A DNA stretch of 64,000 nt, taken from Microbacterium sp. (lineage in GTDB: Bacteria; Actinomycetota; Actinomycetes; Actinomycetales; Microbacteriaceae). This document shows, piece by piece, positions 8,482 to 16,535 of this stretch. The notes beneath the pieces are model-generated. The model was not told the origin of the DNA and made no database searches. It was given only the letters and a program-made list of their open reading frames with translations. The stretch is from contig NZ_JASGEC010000060.1 of assembly GCF_047606685.1 (NCBI RefSeq), positions 9,314-73,313 of the forward strand, read 5' to 3'. How positions within the stretch are numbered: the stretch's first letter is position 1; the number at the start of each line of letters is the position of its first letter. Position numbers and translations under genes: made by a program.

Positions 8482-8868
8482 CGGCCGCGAAGGCCCGCGC
8501 AGCAGAGGCAACCTCTCGGAAGCGTTCAGCGGCAAGCGCCTCCGCAGGAGAGTCGTCGTCGAGCTGCGGATTCATTCCCATGAACCAGGCGCGAACCGTG
8601 TGGTCGCCCTCGACCGATGAGAGGAGCCCGTACACCTGGAACGTGTTGCGGAGCTTGCGCTCTTCCACAGTCCCCGGGTGGTTCTCGCCAGACACCCACC
8701 GTTGAACGGTGCGCACATCGCGATCAACGATGAGCGCGAGAGAAGGTGCTTGCCAAGCACGCGCTGCAGCTGTGCCGCGACGTCCTGAATATCGATCTGC
8801 ACAGCGTCGCTGTGAGCCTTCGACCTTGAAGCCGCAGGGGCCCTTGTCGTCGTTAGAGTCTCGGTCAT
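8474..8868 (-). pseudogene. Xre/MbcA/ParS-type antitoxin (DUF2384 C-terminal domain) with an apparent frameshift
   Basis: The frame starting at 8868 gives MTETLTT...DIQDVAAQLQRVLGKHL and then degenerates. The frame ending at 8474 gives LALIVDRDVRTVQRWVSGENHP...AWFMGMNPQLDDDSPAEAL. Joining the two near 8745 gives a typical ~130-aa antitoxin. A sequencing error cannot be excluded. Confidence 0.55.
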
Positions 8869-8984
8869 TGCGTCCCGATTCTGTCGCGCTTTTGTCTTCC
8901 CAGATTACGCCCACTCCATCGTCGCAGTCCCTACCGACACACATCTCGCGGCCGCCGTGCGGCCCGGGCAGGGGCCGGGTGGGT

Positions 8985-9063
8985 GTCGGAGAGCAGGGCG
9001 GATGTCGGAGGATTCGGCGCAGATCCTCCGACATTGACGCGATGCTCCGACGCTCGGCGTCAG
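8985..9063. repeat. Full copy of the dispersed intergenic repeat with a central hairpin
   Basis: The copy reads GTCGGAGAGCAGGGCGGATGTCGGAGGATTCGGCGCAGATCCTCCGACATTGACGCGATGCTCCGACGCTCGGCGTCAG. The core hairpin is GTCGGAGGAT-N9-ATCCTCCGAC, a 10-bp perfect stem. Confidence 0.85.
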
Positions 9064-9094
9064 CTCGAGAGCCCGCCCGACGGCCGCGACCGCG

Positions 9095-9727
9095 TCAGAC
9101 CAGGGCCCAGCCGACCGCGGCGAGGCGCTGCTCGACGCGCGCAACGTCCGCCTCGGACGGAAGCTCGCCGAGCACCTTCGTCATCAGCACCTGCGCGTCG
9201 ACCCGCGAGGCGTGCTGATCGGCGTCCGCCCCCTGCTGCGCGATGAGCGCGTCGGCGACCGCGCGCACCTCGTCGTCGCTCAGGCGGCGGCGCAGCAGAG
9301 CGAGGATGGGGGCGTAGTCCACCGACGGCACGCCGTCGGGGTAGCCCTCGCGCAGCCATGCGAGCACGCGCTCGACGGGGCCGCGCTCCGCACCGGACGC
9401 GCGCGGCGGCTCGTCCACCTCGTCGACGAGCCGCTGCACGCCGCCGCTGAGCGGCCAGCCGACCGCGGCGAGCCGAGCCGCGACCGCGCGAACCTCGTCT
9501 TCGCGCGGCGGCTCTGCGGTCACCCGCTCGATCGCCGCACGGATGTCGGACTTGCGCACCGGATCGGCGCTCAGCTCGTCGAGCTCGGCGATCACATCAT
9601 CGAACTCGGCCTCGGTGAGAGTGCGGCGCAGGAGCGCCAGCAGCGGGAAGTAGTCCTTCGGCGGGACGCCCTCGGGGTAGCCGACGCGCAGCCAGCGCAG
9701 CACCGACGAGATCACTCCTTCGGCCAT
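9095..9727 (-). CDS. Protein with two tandem DUF3349 domains
   Basis: It has two copies of the pattern V(L)xWLRxGYPxGVPxxDYxPLLALLRRxL(T/S)xxE...RLAAVGW. The gene order pit, small membrane protein, DUF3349 recalls M. tuberculosis pitA-Rv0544c-Rv0543c (from memory). Confidence 0.75.
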   Translation of the reverse strand: MAEGVISSVLRWLRVGYPEGVPPKDYFPLLALLRRTLTEAEFDDVIAELDELSADPVRKSDIRAAIERVTAEPPREDEVRAVAARLAAVGWPLSGGVQRLVDEVDEPPRASGAERGPVERVLAWLREGYPDGVPSVDYAPILALLRRRLSDDEVRAVADALIAQQGADADQHASRVDAQVLMTKVLGELPSEADVARVEQRLAAVGWALV

Positions 9728-9728
9728 G

Positions 9729-10016
9729 TCAGACTCCGAACAGCGAGATGCCGAGGTAGTGGTCCAGGCTGTGGCGGGTGATCCAGAGCACGCCCGTGAC
9801 GACCGCCGCGATCACGATCAGGAAGAGCACGTTGCCGGTGGCCGTCAGCGCGGGGCGACGAGCCGCCTGCACGCCGTCGGCGACCTCTCCGGCTCCGGCC
9901 GCGCGCAGCCGGATGCCGAGGGCGAACAGCGCGGGCAGTCCCGCGCCGAAGAGCAGCCCCACGCCCAGCACGCGCACGGCGGCGAGCAGGATCTCAGGGA
10001 AGTTGATGTCCATCAT
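9729..10016 (-). CDS. Small membrane protein with two hydrophobic helices
   Basis: It is a 95-aa ORF tightly packed between pit and the DUF3349 gene. I did not recognise any family. Confidence 0.55.
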   Translation of the reverse strand: MMDINFPEILLAAVRVLGVGLLFGAGLPALFALGIRLRAAGAGEVADGVQAARRPALTATGNVLFLIVIAAVVTGVLWITRHSLDHYLGISLFGV

Positions 10017-10049
10017 CGTCTTTCTTCTCGCTTCCGTTGAAACGCTAGC

Positions 10050-11246
10050 TCACACCGCGGACGCGGCGGCCTCGGCCTGGGGAACCACCGAGCCGTCCCA
10101 CTCCGCGTTGACGTTCGAGGGGTCGACGCGCTGCTTGCGACTGCGCAGGTACATGTACAGCGACAGGCCCACCAGGATGGCGAACACGGTGAGCGCACCC
10201 GCCAGCCCGCCGACGCCGTTCGCGATGAAGTAGCACACCGCTCCGACGACGCCGGCCGCCGGGAGCGTGGTCAGCCACGCCGTGACCATGCGCAGCGCGA
10301 CGTTCCACCGCACTTCGGCGCCGGGCTTGCCGACACCGGAGCCGAGGATCGACCCGGTCGCGACGTGCGTCGTCGACAGCGCCATGCCCATGGAGCTCGA
10401 GGTGAGGATGATCGCGGCGGAGGATGCCTCGGCCGCCATGCCCTGGGGCGACTCGATCTCGACGAGGCCCTTGCCGAGCGTGCGGATGATGCGCCAGCCG
10501 CCGAGGTAGGTGCCGAGGGCGATAGCGACACCGCAGACCACGATGATCCACACCGGCAGCCCGTCCTCGAGGATGCCGTCCACGGTCAGCGAGCCGTGCG
10601 CGATGAGCGCGAGGGCGATGACGCCCATGGTCTTCTGCGCGTCGCCGGTGCCGTGGGCGAGGGAGACGAGGGATGCCGTGCCGATCTGGCCCCAGCGGAA
10701 CCCGTTGTCGCGGCGCCTCTGGGACGCGCGCTTGGTGAGCGCGTAGACGAGCGCCGTGCCGGCCGCGGCCACGACGCAGGCGATGACCGGCGCGAAGAGG
10801 GCGGGGACGACAATCTTGGTCGCGATGCCCGACCAGTTGATGGTCGCGGCCCCGGCGATGCCGGCGCCGATGAGGCCGCCGAACAGGGCGTGCGACGAGC
10901 TGCTCGGAAGGCCCAGGAGCCACGTGAGCAGGTTCCACAGGATGCCGCCGACCAGGCCCGCGAAGATGATCGTCATCGCGGTCTGCGCGGTCAGCCCGTC
11001 GACGAGCGCTCCGCTCTCGGTCTGGATCTTCAGGACGTCCTTCGTGATGGTCGCGGCCACCTCGACCGACAGGAACGCGCCGACGAGGTTCAGGATCGCG
11101 GAGATCGTGACGGCGGTCTTCGGCTTGAGCGCCCCCGTGGCGATCGAGGTCGCCATGGCGTTGCCGGTGTCGTGGAAGCCGTTCGTGAAGTCGAAGGCAA
11201 GGGCGGTGACGATCACGAGGATCAGAATGAGTATCTCAGCGCTCAT
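10050..11246 (-). CDS. pit: Inorganic phosphate transporter, PiT (PHO4) family
   Basis: The N-terminal ALAFDFTNGFHDTGNAMATSIATGAL and the second half-repeat SLAHGTGDAQKTMGVI are the diagnostic PiT signature pair. Confidence 0.93.
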   Translation of the reverse strand: MSAEILILILVIVTALAFDFTNGFHDTGNAMATSIATGALKPKTAVTISAILNLVGAFLSVEVAATITKDVLKIQTESGALVDGLTAQTAMTIIFAGLVGGILWNLLTWLLGLPSSSSHALFGGLIGAGIAGAATINWSGIATKIVVPALFAPVIACVVAAAGTALVYALTKRASQRRRDNGFRWGQIGTASLVSLAHGTGDAQKTMGVIALALIAHGSLTVDGILEDGLPVWIIVVCGVAIALGTYLGGWRIIRTLGKGLVEIESPQGMAAEASSAAIILTSSSMGMALSTTHVATGSILGSGVGKPGAEVRWNVALRMVTAWLTTLPAAGVVGAVCYFIANGVGGLAGALTVFAILVGLSLYMYLRSRKQRVDPSNVNAEWDGSVVPQAEAAASAV

Positions 11247-11348
11247 AGTTCACGAGTCTCGCAGCGCGCCGAGCCCCGAATCGGCGGAATCAGGGAGTCT
11301 TCCTCGGCCGTTCACCGAGTGTTCACGAGGTGCGGGCCGCGCGGGCGT

Positions 11349-12827
11349 CTAACGGTCGAAGGCGACTGCCTGGATGCCGGTGGCCGCCCGCTCGGCCGCC
11401 GCCGCCTGGCGCTCGGCCTCGAGGTCGAGGCTGCGGCCCAGGACGAGGTATGCGACGGCGGAGACGATGAGCCCGACGAACAGCGCGATGTCGGCGTCGC
11501 CGAGCGCTGCGGCGGCCGGGCCGACCCACCACGCGGTGACCACGAACGGAAGCATGGCGAACAGGCCGATGAGGTACGCCAGCATCCCGCGCCACCCCCA
11601 GTTGCCGTAGACGCCGGTCGGCCGGAAGATCTCCGACACCGCATAGTGGCCGCGGCGCACGAAGTAGTAGTCGACGAGGTTGACGGATGTCCACGGCACC
11701 ATGACGTACAGAAGGATGACGAGGAAGCTGCCGAAGTTGTCCAGGAACTCGCCCGAGCTCACCGAAGCGCCGATGAGCGCAGACACGGCGACGACGCTGC
11801 ACGCGATGACGCGGACGAGACGAGTCGGGGTGATCGGGCGGATCGAGTCGACGGTCGTGATGAGCTCCATTGCCGCGGCGTAGATGTTGACTGTGATCAC
11901 GGCGACGAGGGCCGGGAGGGCTGCGAGGAGGAGGAATGTGCCCGAGCCTGGAAGCACCGCGTTCGAGAGCTGCTCGACCGCGCCGATCGGATCGCTGCTC
12001 GCGAACGCGGCGGCGACGAAGGCGCCCAGCAGCATCAGCCAGGACATGCCGACGAAGACTCCGCTGTAGGTGTAGAACAGCGCGCGCCCGGGCCTTGTCT
12101 CGGGCGGCAGGTATCGCGAGTAGTCGGAGACGTAGGGCGCCCAGCCGAGCGCGTATGCGGCCGCGGCGCCGAACTGGACGAGGAAGGACACCCACGTGAA
12201 GCCGGTGAGCGAGAGCTGCTCCGGGGGAAGGGGGACGAGGAATACCGCGGCGACGGTGACCAGGCCGAACGTGAGGAGGAACAGCCAGGTGAGCCACTTC
12301 TGAGTCTGGTGGATCCAGTGGTAGCCGAAGATCGAAAGCATGAGCGCGAGGCCGCTGATGATGAAGTACCAGAGCACGTTCGCCTGAAGACCCGTGGCCC
12401 GCACCAGGATCTCGGCGCCGAGCATCTGGTTGAACATGTTGAAGCCGACCAGGCTGAACACCACGACGACGCAGATGAGCGCGACGCCGCGGTAGCCGAA
12501 CTGCGCGCGCGACTGGATCATCTGCGGCAGGCCGAGCTGCGGCCCTTGCGCGGAGTGGAACGCCGTGAACACCGTTCCGACCGCCGCGCCCAACAGGATG
12601 GCAAGCACAGACGTCGTGAACGATGCGCCGAGAGCCGCGCCGAGCATCCCTGTCGCGAGCGTCGTGATGTTGGCGTTGGACATGAACCACAGAGAGAAGA
12701 GGCTTCGCGCGTTGCCCCGTCGCTCTTCGAGCGGCACCCACTCGATCGATCGCCGCTCGACGAGCACCGTGCCCCTCGTCGCGGCCGGCTGTGCCGCCAT
12801 CGTGTCCGCCATCGGCGCTCCCTTCAT
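11349..12827 (-). CDS. NCS1 family permease (purine-cytosine/hydantoin/allantoin type)
   Basis: IEWVPLEERRGNARSLFSLWFMSNANITTLATG is followed by about 12 TM helices. The start could be the downstream MADT. Confidence 0.85.
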   Translation of the reverse strand: MKGAPMADTMAAQPAATRGTVLVERRSIEWVPLEERRGNARSLFSLWFMSNANITTLATGMLGAALGASFTTSVLAILLGAAVGTVFTAFHSAQGPQLGLPQMIQSRAQFGYRGVALICVVVVFSLVGFNMFNQMLGAEILVRATGLQANVLWYFIISGLALMLSIFGYHWIHQTQKWLTWLFLLTFGLVTVAAVFLVPLPPEQLSLTGFTWVSFLVQFGAAAAYALGWAPYVSDYSRYLPPETRPGRALFYTYSGVFVGMSWLMLLGAFVAAAFASSDPIGAVEQLSNAVLPGSGTFLLLAALPALVAVITVNIYAAAMELITTVDSIRPITPTRLVRVIACSVVAVSALIGASVSSGEFLDNFGSFLVILLYVMVPWTSVNLVDYYFVRRGHYAVSEIFRPTGVYGNWGWRGMLAYLIGLFAMLPFVVTAWWVGPAAAALGDADIALFVGLIVSAVAYLVLGRSLDLEAERQAAAAERAATGIQAVAFDR

Positions 12828-12920
12828 CAGTGGGCGCCGCTCCGGGCGCTGAAACTGACGATAGGGAAAGGCTGACCTACATACCAGACGATAGTTGCCT
12901 TTAGAATTGATCGTTTTAAG

Positions 12921-13832
12921 CTATGGCTCTGTCGACGTGTTCAGCGCTGCCACCATCTCCGACGCAACGCGGACGAGCTCGGCAGCGGCCGGTGCCAGCG
13001 TCGAGTCCCGACGCCGGACGGCGGCGATCGTGTCGAACAGCGACGGGTCGAAGCGTCCCGTGTGCAGGCCTTTCGGAAAGTCGTCCCGTGCGGCGATCGT
13101 GCGCGAGACGAGCGTCTCGCCAATCCCTCGCCGCACCAGCTCCAACGCGGTGCTGACCGTCTCGACCTCGACGATCGGCTCCAGCCGCAGGCCTCGCACC
13201 TGCGCGCGCTCGGCGAGCTGTCGCCGCGTGGGGTCGTCCCATCCATAGTGGGCGTCGTAGGCGATGAGCGGGCGCACCGCGATGTCGTCGATCGTGACCG
13301 GGCGGGCCACGCGACCGGGGTCCCGACTCACCCAGAGCACTTCGTCGCGCAACAGCGGCGTGACCTCGAGCCCCTCGTCGTCGACGGGGAGGACGACAAT
13401 GCCCGCTTCGAGAGACCCGTCGCGGACGCCCGCCGCAACCTCCGCGGAGTTCTGGCCCACCAGCCGCAGGCGCACTCCGGGATGCTCGCGGTGGAACACA
13501 TCGATGAGGTCGGGAAGGAAGTAGTGACGGGCGTTTCGGAGCACGCCGATCGAGACCAGCCCCCCGCTGAGCCCGTGGAGCGCCTGGAGGGCGAGCACGC
13601 CGCCGTCCGCCCCGGCGACCGCGCGCTGCGCCCATGGCAGCAGCTCCTCCCCGGCCGCGGTGAGATGCAGCCGACGACCGCCGCGGACGAAGAGTGCGAG
13701 GCCGTGCTGCACCTCGAGCTTGCGCACCAGCTCTGAGATGGTGGGCTGGGTGGTTCCCAGCTCGTCGGCCGCCGCCGTGAACGACCCGAGCATGGCTGCG
13801 GCGAGAAAGGCGCGGAGCTGCGTCAAGGTCAT
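12921..13832 (-). CDS. LysR family transcriptional regulator
   Basis: It starts MTLTQLRAFLAAAMLGSFTAAADELGTTQPTISELVRKLE. It is divergent from the HisD-like/C-N hydrolase pair. Confidence 0.92.
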   Translation of the reverse strand: MTLTQLRAFLAAAMLGSFTAAADELGTTQPTISELVRKLEVQHGLALFVRGGRRLHLTAAGEELLPWAQRAVAGADGGVLALQALHGLSGGLVSIGVLRNARHYFLPDLIDVFHREHPGVRLRLVGQNSAEVAAGVRDGSLEAGIVVLPVDDEGLEVTPLLRDEVLWVSRDPGRVARPVTIDDIAVRPLIAYDAHYGWDDPTRRQLAERAQVRGLRLEPIVEVETVSTALELVRRGIGETLVSRTIAARDDFPKGLHTGRFDPSLFDTIAAVRRRDSTLAPAAAELVRVASEMVAALNTSTEP

Positions 13833-13904
13833 CGTTCAAGACTATGCCTCTCATACATGCTCTTCTCCTTGTGCGATATTTCGCGGGGAACGTACGATCG
13901 CACC

Positions 13905-15224
13905 ATGCTCCACACCTCCGCCGTCCTCACCGGCCTCGAGGGCCGTTTCCAGCGCCTCAAGACCCCGGGCGTCAGCGCCCCCTCCGCCCAGCGCGATCCG
14001 CGGGTCGTCCAGAAAGTCTCCGAGATGCTGAGCGACATCGAGCGCAACGGCCTGACCAGCGTGCGCCGTTACGCCGCAGAGTTGGACAACTGGGATGCCG
14101 ACGAATTCGAACTGGACGCGAAATCCATCCGCACGAGCGGCGACCGGCTGGATCCCGAGCTGCGCGCGGCCATCGAGCTAGGCTCCGAGCGCACCCAGGC
14201 GTTCGCGCGCGCGCAGCGCGAACTGCTGCGGGACTTCGAGGTGCAGCTTGCCCCCGGGCTCGTCACGGGCGTGCGTTACGTCCCCGTATCGCGCGTCGGC
14301 GCGTATCTGCCGGCGGGCCGCTTTCCGCTCACCGCCAGTGCGTTCATGACGGTCGGCGTCGCGAAAGTCGCGGGCGTCTCCACGGTCATCGCGTGCACAC
14401 CGCCGCAGCCCGGCGGGCGCGCCAACGACGCGGTCACCTACGCTGCGCACCTGTCCGGCGTCGACCGCGTCTTCGTGCTCGGGGGGGTCCAAGCGCTCGG
14501 CGCCATGGCGTTCGGCCTGCTCGACGAGGCGCCCGTCGACATGCTCGTCGGGGCGGGCAATGCGTTCGTGGCCGAGGCCAAGCGGCAGCTGTTCGGCACG
14601 GTCGCGATCGACCTCCTGGCCGGCCCGTCGGAAGTGGCCGTGATCGCCGACGAGACCGCGGACCCCGTGCTGGTCGCCGCCGATCTGCTCGGCCAGGCAG
14701 AGCACGGCCCGAACTCCCCCGCCGCCCTCGTGACGACGTCCGCAGAGCTCGGCCGCGCCGTTGCCGACGAGGTCGAGCGCCAACTGGCGACACTGTCCAC
14801 CGCGTCGATTGCCGGTCCCGCGTGGCACGACTTCGGCTCGATCACCGTCGCGTCCGACCGCGACGCCGCCATCGAGCTCATCGACGACCTTGCCCCTGAG
14901 CATCTCGAGGTCATCACGGCGGACGACACGTACTACCACGACCGTCTCCGCAACTACGGCTCGATCTTCCTCGGACCATGGAGCACCGTGGCATATTCCG
15001 ACAAGGGAATGGCCGGCACCAACCACGTGCTGCCCACGGCCGGCGGCGCGAAGCACTCGGCAGGACTCTCGGCGGGCCGCTTCCTGAAGCCGCTCACGTA
15101 CCAGCGGGTCGCCGAGGACGCGACGGGCCTGCTGGCGCCGGCGGTGGCGACGATCTCGAACTCGGAACGGATGGCGGCGCACGCCGCCACGGCGACGCTC
15201 CGCCTCGACCGGCTCGAGAGCTGA
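13905..15224 (+). CDS. Histidinol dehydrogenase (HisD) family dehydrogenase, probably a catabolic paralogue
   Basis: Matching motifs are GGVQALGAMAFG, AGPSEVAVIADE, GQAEHGPNSPAALVT, APEHLEV and GTNHVLPT. I chose the start at ATG 13905; the listed 13857 start would run into the LysR promoter region. Confidence 0.85.
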   Translation: MLHTSAVLTGLEGRFQRLKTPGVSAPSAQRDPRVVQKVSEMLSDIERNGLTSVRRYAAELDNWDADEFELDAKSIRTSGDRLDPELRAAIELGSERTQAFARAQRELLRDFEVQLAPGLVTGVRYVPVSRVGAYLPAGRFPLTASAFMTVGVAKVAGVSTVIACTPPQPGGRANDAVTYAAHLSGVDRVFVLGGVQALGAMAFGLLDEAPVDMLVGAGNAFVAEAKRQLFGTVAIDLLAGPSEVAVIADETADPVLVAADLLGQAEHGPNSPAALVTTSAELGRAVADEVERQLATLSTASIAGPAWHDFGSITVASDRDAAIELIDDLAPEHLEVITADDTYYHDRLRNYGSIFLGPWSTVAYSDKGMAGTNHVLPTAGGAKHSAGLSAGRFLKPLTYQRVAEDATGLLAPAVATISNSERMAAHAATATLRLDRLES

Positions 15225-15237
15225 GCCGGAGGCCACC

Positions 15238-16059
15238 GTGACCGCGAAGACCGTGCGCATCCGCTGCACCCAGCTCAGCCCGCGGATCGGCGCGGTGGCC
15301 GACAACCTCACCCGCATCGACAGCGAGCTCGCCCAGGCTGCCGCCGACGCGGTCGACCTCCTCGTTCTGCCCGAGCTCGCGACCTGTGGCTACGCCATGA
15401 CGGCCGAAGAGGCACGGGCGGCAGCCCTGCCCGCCGACGGGGAGGTGCTCCGCGGCTGGGCCGAGTCGCTGGCCGGCACGACCACGACGGCCGTGATCGG
15501 ATTCTGTGAGGACGGCGGCGACGTGCTGTACAACAGCGCGGCTGTCGTCGCTGCCGGGGCCGAGCCTGTGGTCTACCGCAAGCTGCATCTCTGGGACACC
15601 GAGAAGCTGCTGTTCTCGGCGGGCGGCCAACGGCCTCCGATCGTGCGGACGCCGGCCGGCGCGCTCGGCGTGATGATCTGCTACGACCTGGAGTTTCCCG
15701 AACTGCCGCGCTCTCTCGCCCTTGAGGGCGCCGAGATGATCGCGGTGCCCACCAACTGGCCATCGCGCGCCCGGCCCGGCGGCGAGCACCCGCACGAGAT
15801 CGTCCACGCGATGGCGGCCGCTCAGGCATCCGCGCTCGCAATCGCCTGCTGCGACAGGGCGGGCGACGAGCGCGGCCTGTCGTGGACCGAGGGGACCGCG
15901 GTGGTGGGGCCCGACGGCTGGCCGATCGGAGAGCTCGACGCCGACAGCCGCCTCGATGTCGAGGTGGAGTTGCCGGCAGCGCGCACGAAGACCAGTGGGC
16001 GCAACGACCTCTTCGGCGATCGTCGCCCGGAGTTCTACGGCCCGCTCGGCACACAGTGA
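15238..16059 (+). CDS. Carbon-nitrogen hydrolase (nitrilase superfamily amidase)
   Basis: VLPELATCGY carries the catalytic Glu, YRKLHLW the Lys, and MICYDLEFPE the Cys. It has a GTG start 14 nt after the HisD-like stop. Confidence 0.88.
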   Translation: MTAKTVRIRCTQLSPRIGAVADNLTRIDSELAQAAADAVDLLVLPELATCGYAMTAEEARAAALPADGEVLRGWAESLAGTTTTAVIGFCEDGGDVLYNSAAVVAAGAEPVVYRKLHLWDTEKLLFSAGGQRPPIVRTPAGALGVMICYDLEFPELPRSLALEGAEMIAVPTNWPSRARPGGEHPHEIVHAMAAAQASALAIACCDRAGDERGLSWTEGTAVVGPDGWPIGELDADSRLDVEVELPAARTKTSGRNDLFGDRRPEFYGPLGTQ

Positions 16060-16136
16060 TCTCAGCCGCCTTCAGCGCTCATGGCAGACCCGCCCAGCCA
16101 CCGAGGGCGCGGCCGTCGTCGGATCCGGACGACGGG

Positions 16137-16220
16137 CGGGCGGATGTCGGAGAGTCGGGCGGATGTCGGAGGATTCGGCGCAGATCCTCCGACATTCGCG
16201 CGATACTCCGACGTTCGGCG
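16137..16220. repeat. Third copy of the dispersed hairpin repeat, with an internal 5' duplication
   Basis: The copy reads GGGCGGATGTCGGAGAGTC GGGCGGATGTCGGAGGATTCGGCGCAGATCCTCCGACATTCGCGCGATACTCCGACGTTCGGCG. It differs from the 8985-9063 copy at about 6 positions over about 75 nt. Confidence 0.85.
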
Positions 16221-16535
16221 GATGCCCCCCGCTCGCAGCCGGGGAGGTGCTGCCCCGAACCTCAGGAACCTTCAGACTGTCTTAATTCCCGGTCTAGGTA
16301 TCGCCGAAGGCTTTCGCCGCTCGTACGTGGTGGATACACTTTAGAAGTCGCTGAGAGTCCCGGCGCCGCATGACCCTGTGGGAGGGGTCGCATGTGCGAC
16401 GCGAGCGACGCAAGTCGGGGCAGGTCAAGGGGTTGACCAAACACTGGGGAGTGGTGGCTAGACCGCCACCCACTGGGGAACTGGGGAAAAAATGGGAAAG
16501 CGTGTTCTCGCGCGCTCGGAGAGCGAGCGGACACT

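Noticed and set aside
10365-12875. 836-aa plus-strand ORF across the pit and NCS1 permease genes
   Set aside because: It is antisense to two transporters with diagnostic motifs. Its translation is dominated by R/D/E/G/A runs. It is a shadow ORF.
13833-13904. LysR T-N11-A operator in the divergent intergenic region
   Set aside because: Several partial ATC/GAT-type dyads can be drawn by eye, but none is convincing without a motif model.
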